From Candidatus Saccharimonadota bacterium (lineage in GTDB: Bacteria; Patescibacteriota; Saccharimonadia; Saccharimonadales; VXPC01), in assembly GCA_009839685.1 (NCBI GenBank), contig VXPC01000014.1:6928-70927 (forward strand): 64,000 bases of DNA. The letters are read 5' to 3'. Numbering within the stretch: position 1 is the stretch's first letter; every line of letters starts with the position of its first letter. The position numbers and the translations under genes are program-made. The notes under the pieces are model-generated. The model had not been told where the DNA came from, ran no database searches, and saw only the letters and a list, made by a program, of their open reading frames with translations. Shown piece by piece: positions 8,645-18,971 of this stretch.

Positions 8645-10210
8645 TCAGAATTTCTTACTGCCGCGACGGCCGGAAAACAATACGGAGACGATGCCGACCA
8701 CTAAGACGGTCGCGGCGACCAATCCGACAGTAACCAGCCAAGACAGGTCGGTATCCGAAACGTCAATGTCGGCCGCCTCTCTGATGCCGGAGTCGACCAA
8801 GATGGGCTTGTCAGGCTCGGAAGCCTTGATGACGGCCGTTTGGGGAGCCAGTTGTTCGTTAGCATCCATCGCTACTGTGTCGGTTGTCGTCTGTTGCGGT
8901 TCGGGCTGCGGCCGGGGTTGAGGCTGGGGTTCGGCCGCGGGCGGCACTACCTGCCTCGTGTCGGCTCGCTGCCCGGTTTCGACTGCCGGCTGTTCAGCGG
9001 GTGTTTCTTCGGCTTCCTCCTGCTGGTTTTGATTGTTCGACGGCCGGGTGTTGGTCGTGGTCACCAGCGGCGGCGGCCGCAGCTCTATATCCTTGGCGTT
9101 GATCTTGAATACGCGCCCGTTATGTTTGCCCGATTTATCTAGGACCGAGACGCAGTACCAGTGGTCGTTCTTGATGTTATCGATGACGGCCGAGGTGCCG
9201 GTGGGTTCGGACAGGCGGTCGACGTAAAGGCAGGCGTAGCGGTTCCAGCGGTTGGTGGTGGCCAGGTACTGCCAGGAGCCGTTGTCGACATCCAAAGACG
9301 GCGATGAGGCCCGCAGGGTCCGCCCGTCAAGCTCCAGCCTGATAGCCGGACCGGTCAGATCCAGGCGCATCAGCTTGTAAGTCGTATTGCCTTGAGGGTC
9401 GGAAACGCGGTGGCAGAGGTGGATGTTGTCGGTGAAGTCTTCGTTAATCAGGTTATCGATGACGGGAATCAGGGTTGTATCAGTTTCTTCGGCCGGGTAA
9501 ATAGCCGACTGAAGGTCTTCGAAGAACTCGCTGATGTATTCGGCATACGTTTCGGGTTCGTAGTAAGCCAGATAGTTGGTGTTGCCATGGCTGTAGTTGG
9601 CGACGCGGTCGATCTTGTCGACGACCGGTTTGAAAACCAGTTCCCCGTTTTGGGCGTCGCAGCCGTAACCGGCGCTCTGCTTAGAGACGTAGAAGACGGC
9701 GGCCTGCCAGCTCTTAGGGTTGACGGTGCCGCTAGGCCCGTACCAGCCCTTGTAAACGTCTTTGGCTGACAGCAGGTTAGTTTTTTCCAAAGTAATGATC
9801 GGCGGGTTGTAATCGATCAACCGCGGCAGGTACAAACCGCCCACTTTCAGGCAGTAATACTTATTGTTGTCGGATTTTTGGATTTTCAGGCTGGCCCGGG
9901 CGGTTTTGTTGCCCGTTTTCTCAGCCGTTAGCGGGCGCACCAGGTCCGCGTCTATTTCATCGAACTTACTGCTGGTACCGCACTTGTCGGTGTTGTTGAG
10001 CGGACCGGCGTATTGCCAGTTCTTGGTGTTGATATTGCCGCTGGATTCAATCAACAAGGTCAACTGGGTCTGGCTCTGTTTGAAGGAATATTTCCAGCTC
10101 TGAGCGTTGGCCGTTTGGCCCGTCAGCAGCGAGGCCGCAACCAGGCTTAAGGCAATAATCCCGGCTGCAATCAGGGCTGCCGGCCAGCCGACCGGCGAAA
10201 CTCGCTTCAT
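8645..10210 (-). CDS. hypothetical surface protein with signal peptide, Pro/Gln-rich stalk and C-terminal TM anchor
   Basis: N-terminal signal (AALIAAGIIALSLVAASLL...ANAQS). C-terminal PQPQPRPQPEPQQ linker plus hydrophobic anchor LVTVGLVAATVLVVGIVSVLF followed by RRGSKKF. Confidence 0.6.
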   Translation of the reverse strand: MKRVSPVGWPAALIAAGIIALSLVAASLLTGQTANAQSWKYSFKQSQTQLTLLIESSGNINTKNWQYAGPLNNTDKCGTSSKFDEIDADLVRPLTAEKTGNKTARASLKIQKSDNNKYYCLKVGGLYLPRLIDYNPPIITLEKTNLLSAKDVYKGWYGPSGTVNPKSWQAAVFYVSKQSAGYGCDAQNGELVFKPVVDKIDRVANYSHGNTNYLAYYEPETYAEYISEFFEDLQSAIYPAEETDTTLIPVIDNLINEDFTDNIHLCHRVSDPQGNTTYKLMRLDLTGPAIRLELDGRTLRASSPSLDVDNGSWQYLATTNRWNRYACLYVDRLSEPTGTSAVIDNIKNDHWYCVSVLDKSGKHNGRVFKINAKDIELRPPPLVTTTNTRPSNNQNQQEEAEETPAEQPAVETGQRADTRQVVPPAAEPQPQPRPQPEPQQTTTDTVAMDANEQLAPQTAVIKASEPDKPILVDSGIREAADIDVSDTDLSWLVTVGLVAATVLVVGIVSVLFSGRRGSKKF

Positions 10211-10330
10211 TTTCTAAGTTTTATCTTCAGGTGTCCATCGTCATAATAGCACAAGCGGACGATTTTGGCACTCCGCCCTCCCCAACCTGGCTGTCGGGGT
10301 ATAATTGACGCGAGCGGGCATATTCTTAGC

Positions 10331-11644
10331 ATGAGTTCAGAAAAGCAACCCTCTAGCCAACCGCCGGAAGACAGTGAGCGGCGGACTCGGGTCAGGTACG
10401 TGGAATTAAACGGCGTCAGGTATCGCAGCCGGGAGAGCAGCCGGGTCGATGCCCGCGGGAATCTGCTGGAGAGAGTCAACGAGCTTTACACGACTGACGG
10501 CTCGAACAAAGTTTTTCTGCAACGGGAAGCCTTCGACCCGGAACTCGGCCTACTGACGGAAGTAACCCGCGTGGATTACACCGACGGCAAGCCGGCCGAA
10601 GACAAGGAGGAGTACAGGTACCGCGAGCGCTCGGCCGGCCTGGCGTTCTTCCGGTATGTCAGGCGTCTGGCCGGGGTCAAGACGGTCGAGCAGACTGAGA
10701 AATACGGATCCGGAAGCCGGCGGCCGGAGGAGTTGGAGCGATTGGAGTACGATCAGGACGGCGAGCTGGCCCTGCGCCGGCTGGAGGAACTGGATCCCGA
10801 AAGCGGGCGCCTGCTGAAGGCCGCCACGGAATTTTATGAAAACGGTTCGAAAGTGTTGGAAGTAGTTGAGGTTTTCAGCCCCGGCAACGGCCGGCTGATC
10901 AAACGCCTGAGCACCAGATATGAAGCCGAGTGCGAAGTCTCACATGAAGTTGAAGACTTGACGGACGTGGAAGATGCCGCCCCTCCGCCGTCCGGCCGTC
11001 CGTCCGAGCCCATCCTTGCCCAGGTCACGCCGATGTCGATTCCCAAAGCCGAAACGGCGGCCGAAAAGCCAACTGCTCCGGACCCGGCCGTCTCCCCTGC
11101 CGCTCTGCTGGCCGGGTTCATCTATGCTAAGAGCATTGAGGACAATCGCCCGCCACCTACGCCGCCCGCTTATTTTGAAGCGGCTGCCCGGGACAAGCCG
11201 GCTGCGCGGGAGGCAGCCGATACGCCAACTTCGTCACCAGCCCCTGCTCCGGAGCGGCCGGCGGCAGTGGAGATGCCCGCCAACAAGGTTGAGACTCCGC
11301 TTGAGAAGTCTTCTCAGACTCCGAAGACAGCAGCCGAAATTAGCCGAGCTCGCGGACCGGAAATAGACGCTGCTGCCGGTGACCCGGAAAAGCGAGATTT
11401 AGATGCTAAGAGCTGGCGGGACGTGCCGGATTCGGAAGCGGCGCGACTATCGGAACAAGAACGGATGTCAGAGCTGCCGCCCGAGCCACAACCGGGCGAA
11501 CGCCGACCCGGTCAAGCAGCCGAGCCGGCATCACCGCCAGCTAAGACCCAACCCAAGCAGCAACACACGGCCAGGGTCGCTTTGATTGCCGCAGTTGTTA
11601 TCACCATGCTGGCAGCCACTTATTACATCTTCAGCAGTATCTGA
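10331..11644 (+). CDS. hypothetical tail-anchored Pro-rich protein
   Basis: Start chosen at MSSEKQ, 14 nt downstream of a tataat (about 13 nt after its 3' end). No signal peptide. Charged N-terminal domain, Pro/Ala-rich linker, C-terminal TM (ALIAAVVITMLAATYYIF). Confidence 0.55.
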   Translation: MSSEKQPSSQPPEDSERRTRVRYVELNGVRYRSRESSRVDARGNLLERVNELYTTDGSNKVFLQREAFDPELGLLTEVTRVDYTDGKPAEDKEEYRYRERSAGLAFFRYVRRLAGVKTVEQTEKYGSGSRRPEELERLEYDQDGELALRRLEELDPESGRLLKAATEFYENGSKVLEVVEVFSPGNGRLIKRLSTRYEAECEVSHEVEDLTDVEDAAPPPSGRPSEPILAQVTPMSIPKAETAAEKPTAPDPAVSPAALLAGFIYAKSIEDNRPPPTPPAYFEAAARDKPAAREAADTPTSSPAPAPERPAAVEMPANKVETPLEKSSQTPKTAAEISRARGPEIDAAAGDPEKRDLDAKSWRDVPDSEAARLSEQERMSELPPEPQPGERRPGQAAEPASPPAKTQPKQQHTARVALIAAVVITMLAATYYIFSSI

Positions 11645-11685
11645 GGCTTGGCCCGCTCGTGGAAGCCGTTATCCGTCAGGGCTCC

Positions 11686-13632
11686 CTAGCGTTTTTTATG
11701 GCCGTCAGCTTTTCCGGTGTCGTTGCCCTTACCTTCTCCGTCGCTTGGTTTCGGTTTGTCAACTTGCCGGCGCAAATTGAAGAACAAGGCGCCGCCGATT
11801 AACGCGCCGCTCAGAACCAGAGCTGCTATGAGCCACTCCCAGGGGGTATTTGACGCCGCCCGGCGGCTTGGGTTCTGAGCGGACGGGCTGCCATCGGGCT
11901 GTTCTTCCGCGCTGCCCCCGGCCTCTTCCGCCTCTTCCGCTGCGACCTCTTCTTCGTCCTCATTCTCGTCTTCCGCTTCATCGGTATCCGCCGGCCGGTT
12001 TGCAACGGCGGTCTGGCCGGCCGTGTCTTCTTCGTCATCCAGCTCGTGGTCGTAGAAGACGAGCTGGTGGATAAAGCTGTCCTCTATCTCCTCCTGCTCT
12101 TCCTGCACCTCGGCAACCAGTTCCTCGGTTTCTTCTATCAAGGCCTGCAATTCCCCGTTATCAGCCGGGGCTGGCGGAGCGGCCGGCACGGGCGCCGGCA
12201 CGTAGGCGATGAAAGCCGCCGGTCTGAGGTGCTGGCAGTCGTCTACGAAAGTTTTTCTAGAGGCCAGGCAGTCGTCGTAAGCGGCGTACCGGGATTTGTC
12301 CGGATAGTAGGCCAAACAATCGCCCGTCGTCCGGTTGACGTCGTTCAAGCAGGCCAGATACTCGTTGGCCTGGTTGACAAGCTGAGTGTTGTAGGTTTCC
12401 TGCTCCACTATCTTGGCCCGCGTGCCGATAACCCAATCGTGGAAGATGTCGACCAGCACTTGGCGGTCGTTGAAGTACTTGGCGTAGTGATCCTCCAAGT
12501 CGGGGGTCGAGTCGGTGAACTGGGTGCCGATGAAAGCGTAAAGCTCGGTGTACCTGATGTAGCGGCCGGTTCTGTCCGGCAAGCTGTTGATTTGATCGGC
12601 GTAGGCGTCAAGGATGATGGACGTCTGGCGCGGATTGCGGGCGACGACGATGTCTATCTGCTCATCGATGCCCTTGTTGGCGTTTGTCAGGTAGTATTCG
12701 CGGTAATAGATGACGTGCAGCAATTCATGGGCCAGAGTCGTCTCGATCGAATTGTCACGGAGCAGCTTGATCGGCCCGCTGTGGTCCCAGCAGCCGTGGA
12801 TGTAGGTGTCGGCGAAGGTCTCGCCGCCGCAAGTGAAGTCCGGATGGTTGGGGTCGTCTAGGATCAAGGGGTTGTTATTGTAGAGAATCCGCTTGGCTCT
12901 GTCAGTCAGCCCGATCCGGTTGGCCAGCCGCTTGATTTCCGGTGAAATTTCCGGGTAGAGGTCGTCGATACTCCCTGACAGCCGGCGCTCCTCGGCGGCT
13001 TGGAGCTGCCGCTGGCACTCGGCGGCGTTATCCAGATCGGCCGTGTCATGCCAAGCCGTTATCTTCCCGGTTTCGGTAGCGTGGTAATCTGGATGACTGC
13101 TCTCGTAGGGCGCTATATTGGCCCGCAATCTGTCGGCTTCGGCATCAATCAGTCCCTCGATCCGCTCGCATTCCGCCTCGACCTCGGCTTCCGTCATCTC
13201 GTCGTGGTAGCCGTAAACGATTTGGCCAGGAGTTTGAGCCGGCGGCTGACGGCTTGCCGCCGCTTCTTTCTGCTGCTGGCACTCGGTGTCGGCGGCCGTT
13301 TCGGCTGCCTCTTGCCAAGCCGTTATCTTCCCGGCTTCGGTTGCGTAATAATCGGGGTGGCTGTTCTCATAAGGCCTGATGATGTCCGTCAGCCTGTCGG
13401 CCTCGGTATCAATCAGACTGTCTATGCGGCCGCATTCGGCAGCGACCTCCGCCTCTGTCATCTGTTCGTGATAGCCGTAGGTGACCTCGGCGGGGGTTGG
13501 AGCCGGCAGATCCGTCGTTTGGGCGCTGGCCAATCTGGGCCAGCCCATCGCGCCGGCCGCGGCAATCAGGGCGATTGCGTACGGCAACAGAAACAGTAAT
13601 CTTCCGGGGCGTCCCCAGCGTTCGGCGGTCAT
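11686..13632 (-). CDS. secreted/membrane-anchored HExxH zinc metalloprotease-like protein with duplicated 88-aa N-terminal module
   Basis: Signal peptide. Two tandem about 88-aa repeats (...VTYGYHEQMTEAEVAAECGRIDSLID... and ...VYGYHDEMTEAEVEAECERIEGLID...). HExxH motif TLAHELLHVIYY. Acidic tail (EDENEDEEEV) and C-terminal TM. Confidence 0.65.
   Translation of the reverse strand: MTAERWGRPGRLLFLLPYAIALIAAAGAMGWPRLASAQTTDLPAPTPAEVTYGYHEQMTEAEVAAECGRIDSLIDTEADRLTDIIRPYENSHPDYYATEAGKITAWQEAAETAADTECQQQKEAAASRQPPAQTPGQIVYGYHDEMTEAEVEAECERIEGLIDAEADRLRANIAPYESSHPDYHATETGKITAWHDTADLDNAAECQRQLQAAEERRLSGSIDDLYPEISPEIKRLANRIGLTDRAKRILYNNNPLILDDPNHPDFTCGGETFADTYIHGCWDHSGPIKLLRDNSIETTLAHELLHVIYYREYYLTNANKGIDEQIDIVVARNPRQTSIILDAYADQINSLPDRTGRYIRYTELYAFIGTQFTDSTPDLEDHYAKYFNDRQVLVDIFHDWVIGTRAKIVEQETYNTQLVNQANEYLACLNDVNRTTGDCLAYYPDKSRYAAYDDCLASRKTFVDDCQHLRPAAFIAYVPAPVPAAPPAPADNGELQALIEETEELVAEVQEEQEEIEDSFIHQLVFYDHELDDEEDTAGQTAVANRPADTDEAEDENEDEEEVAAEEAEEAGGSAEEQPDGSPSAQNPSRRAASNTPWEWLIAALVLSGALIGGALFFNLRRQVDKPKPSDGEGKGNDTGKADGHKKR
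13040..13500. repeat. intragenic tandem duplication (2 copies of about 265 bp) inside the metalloprotease gene
   Basis: Near-identical stretches: ccaagccgttatcttcccgg...atcaatcag...gcattc...gacctc at about 13050 and again at about 13315. Confidence 0.6.
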
Positions 13633-13873
13633 TGCATGGAGTTTTTAATAAAGCTTTCTACAAGGCAAGTATAAGTTTGCGGTCAAGCAAGTGTCAATCT
13701 CATGACTATTTGACAACCTTTTATCCTTGACGGAACCCCTCGGGTGCCATGACGGCCTATCCCTGCCTTTCTCCGGGCGGCCGATCGGTCTTGTGTTGCC
13801 TTGCAAACCGCTCATGCTGGCTAATTTAAAATTTAATGTTATAATAAGCGACTGAACCGTGAAAGGAACCTCA

Positions 13874-14293
13874 ATGAGAAGCCACGAATTAATTTCTACG
13901 CCGGAATCGTTCGGAAAGCCCAAGTTCAGCCGTAATAATAAGTTTCTAAGCCGGTCGGAGGCCATGCTGGTCGCCATCGGCGTCAGCGAATCCCCTTTGC
14001 GTCCGGAAGTCTTGGAGTTTGTCATTTACAACTGCAAAGCCGATATGCGCGCATGCGGCGATCTGGACCTGTTCATCAACTTCGATTGCCAGAATTGGTG
14101 CTCCAGGCTGCACGAATCCCTGAACCAGCTGAACGAGCAAGAAAAGATTGAATGCTCGCCTCTCGGTTACGTTTTGAGCCCTGAAGCTGCGGCCGAGCTG
14201 CAGGACATCCGGTTGCCGGACGGCGGCGCCGAGCAGTTGCGGGAGCTGATTGCCGAAGCCGAAGCCGTCTTTTCCTTGCCGGAAACCAACTAG
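13874..14293 (+). CDS. hypothetical protein
   Basis: ORF preceded by an AT-rich promoter-like stretch (ttataataag) and RBS-like aaagga. No recognisable motifs. Confidence 0.45.
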   Translation: MRSHELISTPESFGKPKFSRNNKFLSRSEAMLVAIGVSESPLRPEVLEFVIYNCKADMRACGDLDLFINFDCQNWCSRLHESLNQLNEQEKIECSPLGYVLSPEAAAELQDIRLPDGGAEQLRELIAEAEAVFSLPETN

Positions 14294-14335
14294 CCGGGCG
14301 GGCCGCCGCTCCTCATCGCCGCCGCCCTTCTTTCC

Positions 14336-15181
14336 TCAGGCGAAAGACGTGAAGGCGTTCTCGACGAACATCCATAACATCACCCAGCCGTTATACAGGC
14401 CGTGGAAGATAAAAGCCGTCCAGATGTTGTCGGTCGCCTCAAACGTCTTGGTGACGAAGTAGGAAAAGACCAGGGTGCTGCCGATGCCGTAAAGGTTGTA
14501 GCTCAGCGGCTCGCCGGGCACGAAGTGGAGCGCGCTGAAAACCAGGCCCGATACCAAGAAGGCCGGCCAGAAGCTGAAAGCCAGCCTGAGCCGCTTGTGC
14601 AAAAATCCCCTGAAGAGGATTTCCTCGAAGAGGGGCCCGACGATGACGATAAATGAAAAGAAAACTAGCTGGCCCAGCCAGCCCACCTCAATCGATTCGG
14701 GTTCGCTGCCTTCCGCCACCAATTCCCCCAAGGCCGTGAAACTGAACAGCAGGTTTATACCTGCCAGGACGAGGAAGTAGAAAACGATGTGCTTGTACAT
14801 CACCGACTTCTGCTCAGCCGTAATCCGCCTGAAAGGCAGCCTCAGCCGCCGGTTATGGAAGAGTTTGAAAAAGCCGTAGATCAGCAGCAGGCACAGCCCG
14901 CAGGCGAGAATGCGGAGCAAGATGGCCTGTACCGTCCAGATGCCCTCCGCCGGCAAACCTTCCAGCGGCCCGGCAAGGTCCAGAAAGGTGTCGCCGTACT
15001 TTTCCGGCAGCCAGTAGGCGATGTCTATCAGCATGAAATACAGGCCGATAACCAAGGCGACTATGCCTAGGGAGGAAAGCAGCAGCCTGGCTTTGGATTC
15101 CGGGGCTTGGATGCCGGCAATTGCCGGTAGCCGTTGCTTCAATCCCCCGCCCTGCTCTTCTTGCGGCTCAATTTCGTTCAT
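14336..15181 (-). CDS. CPBP (CAAX protease/Abi) family intramembrane metalloprotease
   Basis: Signature motifs EEILFRG, FSALH, HGLYN within a multi-TM protein. Confidence 0.8.
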   Translation of the reverse strand: MNEIEPQEEQGGGLKQRLPAIAGIQAPESKARLLLSSLGIVALVIGLYFMLIDIAYWLPEKYGDTFLDLAGPLEGLPAEGIWTVQAILLRILACGLCLLLIYGFFKLFHNRRLRLPFRRITAEQKSVMYKHIVFYFLVLAGINLLFSFTALGELVAEGSEPESIEVGWLGQLVFFSFIVIVGPLFEEILFRGFLHKRLRLAFSFWPAFLVSGLVFSALHFVPGEPLSYNLYGIGSTLVFSYFVTKTFEATDNIWTAFIFHGLYNGWVMLWMFVENAFTSFA

Positions 15182-15205
15182 CGTCTGCCGGCAGGCCGCC
15201 CGGGT

Positions 15206-15964
15206 CTAGCCGGGTTTTTTCTTGGTGAGCGTTATTGTCGCGAACCTATTCTCGGCCGCGGCATCTGTGAACGAATCGTCTGCCGGCGAGCCGATGACTC
15301 CGGCCGGGTCGGTCTCCAGATCGTCGGCAGTGAACGTCGCGCCCGAATCCGTGCCGGAATCGTACGGCCTGACCGCCAGACTCACTTCTTCCAGCCATTG
15401 TCCGTCCCTGAACAATTCCACGTTGCTGACCGCGACGAACCAATCCGGGCTGGGAGCCAGCATTGAGACGGCGCTCAGTAGCGGGTGGTCTTGGTCCAGT
15501 TCTATTTCCAACTCAATCGAGCCGGGCACGTTGATCAGCGAACCGACGGTTGAGTCCAAGATCGACGGGTTGGCGCCGACCTCATCGGCCAACACCGCCG
15601 TCGCGCCCGTCTCCGCCATTATTTCTATGCCTTCCGTGGCGGCGGTACCGGCGGCAAACAGATCGCCCTCATTCGCGTGCGCAACGACAAATATAGGCGA
15701 GACGTGCGCCCCTTCCGGCAAAGTTTCGGGGTGCGTCTCGGCGCTCCAGGTGGCGTCGTATTTAATCATGTAGGTTGCCGTCTGCTCCGTTTCGCCAATC
15801 CCGGCCGCAGCAGATTCCCCGGTGTTCGCCGGTGTTTCGCTGCCGGCTGTCTCGGGCGTTTCTTCGGTCGAACCCACTCCTATGACGACAGCTACAACGA
15901 CGGCCGCGACGGCCAGAACCAACAGGATCTCGATGATAATGGCCTTCTTGCGGTTCTTTTTCAT
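15206..15964 (-). CDS. membrane-anchored spondin_N-like domain protein
   Basis: N-terminal TM. YDATWSAETHPETLPEGAHVSPIFVVAH resembles the spondin N-terminal domain pattern. Assignment is from memory of the family. Confidence 0.55.
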   Translation of the reverse strand: MKKNRKKAIIIEILLVLAVAAVVVAVVIGVGSTEETPETAGSETPANTGESAAAGIGETEQTATYMIKYDATWSAETHPETLPEGAHVSPIFVVAHANEGDLFAAGTAATEGIEIMAETGATAVLADEVGANPSILDSTVGSLINVPGSIELEIELDQDHPLLSAVSMLAPSPDWFVAVSNVELFRDGQWLEEVSLAVRPYDSGTDSGATFTADDLETDPAGVIGSPADDSFTDAAAENRFATITLTKKKPG

Positions 15965-16102
15965 AATGCAAACCTTCTCAGTATGAGATTATCACAACGC
16001 CGGCCGGTCGCGCCAACCGCCCCTTGAAAGAGTGTAATTGACAACGTCGCCTGCCTGCCGATGATTGCCGATATGACAACATCGTGATAGGATACCGGTA
16101 AT

Positions 16103-17200
16103 ATGAGCGACAGCAATGATGACAAGAGTGCGCTCCCGATGCCGGTTGTCTTGGCCGCTGTCGCGATTGTCGTCTTGATAGTTGTGGCAATCTTCGCATT
16201 CGGTGGTGACGGTTCGGAAATGACTGACGAAACAACCGATGAAACCGCTGAGCAGGCCGATACGGAAGAGGCTGGCGAAAACGGTTCAGACGGCCAGACG
16301 CAGGAAGGCGGAGAAGCGGCTCCGGATTCGGGCGAGGCGGCAACGCCGCCGGAAGATGACGACACCGTTTCGAACGATGCTGACATTGCCGAGTCGGACG
16401 AACCAGATCCGCTGCCGGCCAACTGGGCAGCGCTCAGCTCTTCTGAGAAAACCGACCTGAACCCGTACGGCTGTTGGCAAGGCACCGTCATTCGCGCCGA
16501 CAACGGTCAGTGCAGTGTCGGCGGCGGCTCTAGCGCCGGGTATTTCCTGATGTACGCGACGCAAGGCAGTCATGCCCAAGCCTCTCTGCCGTTCGCCCAA
16601 AGGCCTCTGGAGGTCTTTGTCGCGGTGCCCACGAATTCAACTGCTGAGCAAGTGGCCGAAGTGCTTGCAAGCTACAAAGCTTCGGTTGCCGAACCTGATG
16701 TCTTTTACACTTTTCGCATTTATAACTACGCTGACGTCTTTTACGGCATTGATGAGGAGAGAAATCCAGGGGTGGTGACCCCGAGCTGGGTGGCTGTCAG
16801 CGAACCTCGCGAGACCCACGAATTCGTCCTGAACAACATACGCTACAAAGCTTTGACTTTCTTTATCCACCGAGAGACCAATCGGGATGGCACGGAGTTG
16901 CCCGAGGATTGTATTGCCGTGGATATTTCGTTCGCCATCCTTTCGGATGTTACCGCGCAAGAAGTAGTCAACTACTATATCAACCAAGGCCCTGCTCTTA
17001 GGGCTACCATTGACAAATATACGATTATTGATGACGCGGCTCAGGACGAAGCAACCCCGAGGTATAACTACGACGTTCTCATCAGTCTTTACAAGGGCGA
17101 CGATCCTGCCGCCAATCTTAACGATTACAGCGAAGCGGATCTCTTCGAAGGCCTGCCGCAGGTTGCCCTCAACGGCTGCGCGAATCCCGGCCTCTTTTAA
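16103..17200 (+). CDS. hypothetical membrane-anchored protein (paralog of 17394..18515)
   Basis: N-terminal TM, acidic linker, then LPANWAALSSSEKTDLNPYGCW...GQCSVGGGS, which parallels LPDGWSELTAEEKIELNPFVC...GRCSTAGG in the neighbouring gene. Confidence 0.55.
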   Translation: MSDSNDDKSALPMPVVLAAVAIVVLIVVAIFAFGGDGSEMTDETTDETAEQADTEEAGENGSDGQTQEGGEAAPDSGEAATPPEDDDTVSNDADIAESDEPDPLPANWAALSSSEKTDLNPYGCWQGTVIRADNGQCSVGGGSSAGYFLMYATQGSHAQASLPFAQRPLEVFVAVPTNSTAEQVAEVLASYKASVAEPDVFYTFRIYNYADVFYGIDEERNPGVVTPSWVAVSEPRETHEFVLNNIRYKALTFFIHRETNRDGTELPEDCIAVDISFAILSDVTAQEVVNYYINQGPALRATIDKYTIIDDAAQDEATPRYNYDVLISLYKGDDPAANLNDYSEADLFEGLPQVALNGCANPGLF

Positions 17201-17393
17201 AATCTGATCTTCAGCGTGTCAGTGGGCAATTGCTACGCTTGTCAGGGCGCGGACGACATTGCCGTTATGAAGCGGCGACGTCCTCAATTCCGAGCCGCTG
17301 CCGGATATCATTAAGCCGTTGGCCGGGGCATGCGCCCTCCCCTTCCGTCGCGATCGCCTTCCTGACAAGGCTTATGATCGCTGACGGGCAAGA

Positions 17394-18515
17394 TTATTTG
17401 ATGAAAACGGCCGTTATGTTCGGACCGCCGAAGACGGCCGTGGCGAAGCCGTGCCGGGCCCGCAGCTCGTTGTCAGCTGTAAAGATAATGGCTTGCATCT
17501 CCGCGTTTAAGGCATCCGCCTCGCGTTTCTCAGCCGAACGGTCGGTGCGAGCTTCATTGGCCTCCGACAATGAGGCCAATCTTTCTTCGTGAGCGCTACG
17601 AAGTTCGGTATCGCCTTTAATCTCCGCCTCCATGGCTGACCAGCGCTCATAGGCCAGGAGATCGCCGCAAACATGATCATTGACGCTGTGTTCCTCGTTT
17701 TGACAACCTCCGTAATAGCTTGACGCAATGAACTTCCAACTCACGCAGCCCGCATCTTCTTCCGCCGCCCGCCCGATCCCAGGCTCAAACCCGTATACAT
17801 GACAATAGGAGCTCATAGCCGCTACTTTCTGTTCGGCCGTGTATTCTGAGCTTTGCAAATAGGCGTCCAGAATCTGCCGCCCTTCCTCCAACTCGTAAGC
17901 CATGCGCGGATTGTCGGCAGCAAGCTCCCATCTCGTGCCGTTATAGGTAACATCTTCATAGCTATAAATGTCTAGCAAAAAAGCGAAGTGCGCTTCTGCA
18001 ATGCGTTCTTTCATGTAGGCAGACAAGTCATCGAATTGGGAACGGGAGGTTTCTGGTGGCACAGCCATGACCACCTGTCCGGCGAACCAAGTGCCGAAAC
18101 CGTTATTGTTCAAAAGCTGAATATACTCTATCCCTCCTGCAGTTGAACAGCGGCCGTCAACCTCGCTGATGTCACTCTCATGCAAGCAAACGAAGGGGTT
18201 AAGTTCAATTTTTTCTTCCGCAGTCAGTTCAGACCAGCCGTCTGGCAACAAGGAATCGGCGCCCTCAGGTAATTCAATCTCTACGCCGCCCGATACAGGT
18301 TCATTACGATCAGGCTCCGGCTGAAGGATAGAAAACACCAAAATCGCTACCAGAAGGGTGACAATCAGGATAAAAAATATCAAAACGGGCTTTGATTTCA
18401 ATTTAGTGAAATTCATAATAACACCCCTAGTATATATGAAATTTGATAGCTCGGCACGATGGACCCGGCGGGAATTACTTGTCCGGTATGTAATCCCGGT
18501 CGGGTTCGGGCTCAA
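17394..18515 (-). CDS. hypothetical membrane-anchored protein (paralog of 16103..17200)
   Basis: Same architecture and shared motifs as 16103..17200. The two genes are convergent. Confidence 0.55.
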   Translation of the reverse strand: MSPNPTGITYRTSNSRRVHRAELSNFIYTRGVIMNFTKLKSKPVLIFFILIVTLLVAILVFSILQPEPDRNEPVSGGVEIELPEGADSLLPDGWSELTAEEKIELNPFVCLHESDISEVDGRCSTAGGIEYIQLLNNNGFGTWFAGQVVMAVPPETSRSQFDDLSAYMKERIAEAHFAFLLDIYSYEDVTYNGTRWELAADNPRMAYELEEGRQILDAYLQSSEYTAEQKVAAMSSYCHVYGFEPGIGRAAEEDAGCVSWKFIASSYYGGCQNEEHSVNDHVCGDLLAYERWSAMEAEIKGDTELRSAHEERLASLSEANEARTDRSAEKREADALNAEMQAIIFTADNELRARHGFATAVFGGPNITAVFIK

Positions 18516-18885
18516 AGTGCCCCATCACGCCGCGGTTATACCAGACGGCATAACGTATCAGACCGATGCGGGTGTAGGCGATGTCGGCCGGACCGTCATT
18601 GCGGTGCAGCAACCCGTCCTTATAATACTTCTTGCGCTCCATGTGATACTCGCTTCTGTCTTCTTGATACTCGATCACGGCCGGGCCGTGGTCATGGTGT
18701 AGTTTGCCGTGACGATACCACTGCTCTGTCTTGACCTGACCATTTTCAAAATATTCAATTAGGGCCGGGCCGCCGACGCGGTGCAATTCGCCAGACTCGG
18801 ACCAGCGCTCTATTTTCTTATTGCCGTTTTCAAAATATTCGGCTTGAGGCCCAGCGCCCTCCTTCACCGATCCAAGTTCGCTCAT
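18475..18885 (-). CDS. MORN-variant (YwqK-like) repeat protein
   Basis: Repeats YFENGNKKIERW, YFENGQVKTEQWYRHGKLH, YYKDGLLHRNDGPA. Start chosen at MSELGS (18885) because a conserved non-coding motif lies in the longer ORF's upstream extension. Confidence 0.5.
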   Translation of the reverse strand: MSELGSVKEGAGPQAEYFENGNKKIERWSESGELHRVGGPALIEYFENGQVKTEQWYRHGKLHHDHGPAVIEYQEDRSEYHMERKKYYKDGLLHRNDGPADIAYTRIGLIRYAVWYNRGVMGHFEPEPDRDYIPDK

Positions 18886-18971
18886 AGCCCCAATATTAAG
18901 GCAAGCGGTCTTGAGCAACAAGCGTAACCTGTTTACTGCCAAGAAATTTGAATATTTCGGCACCAATTTAA

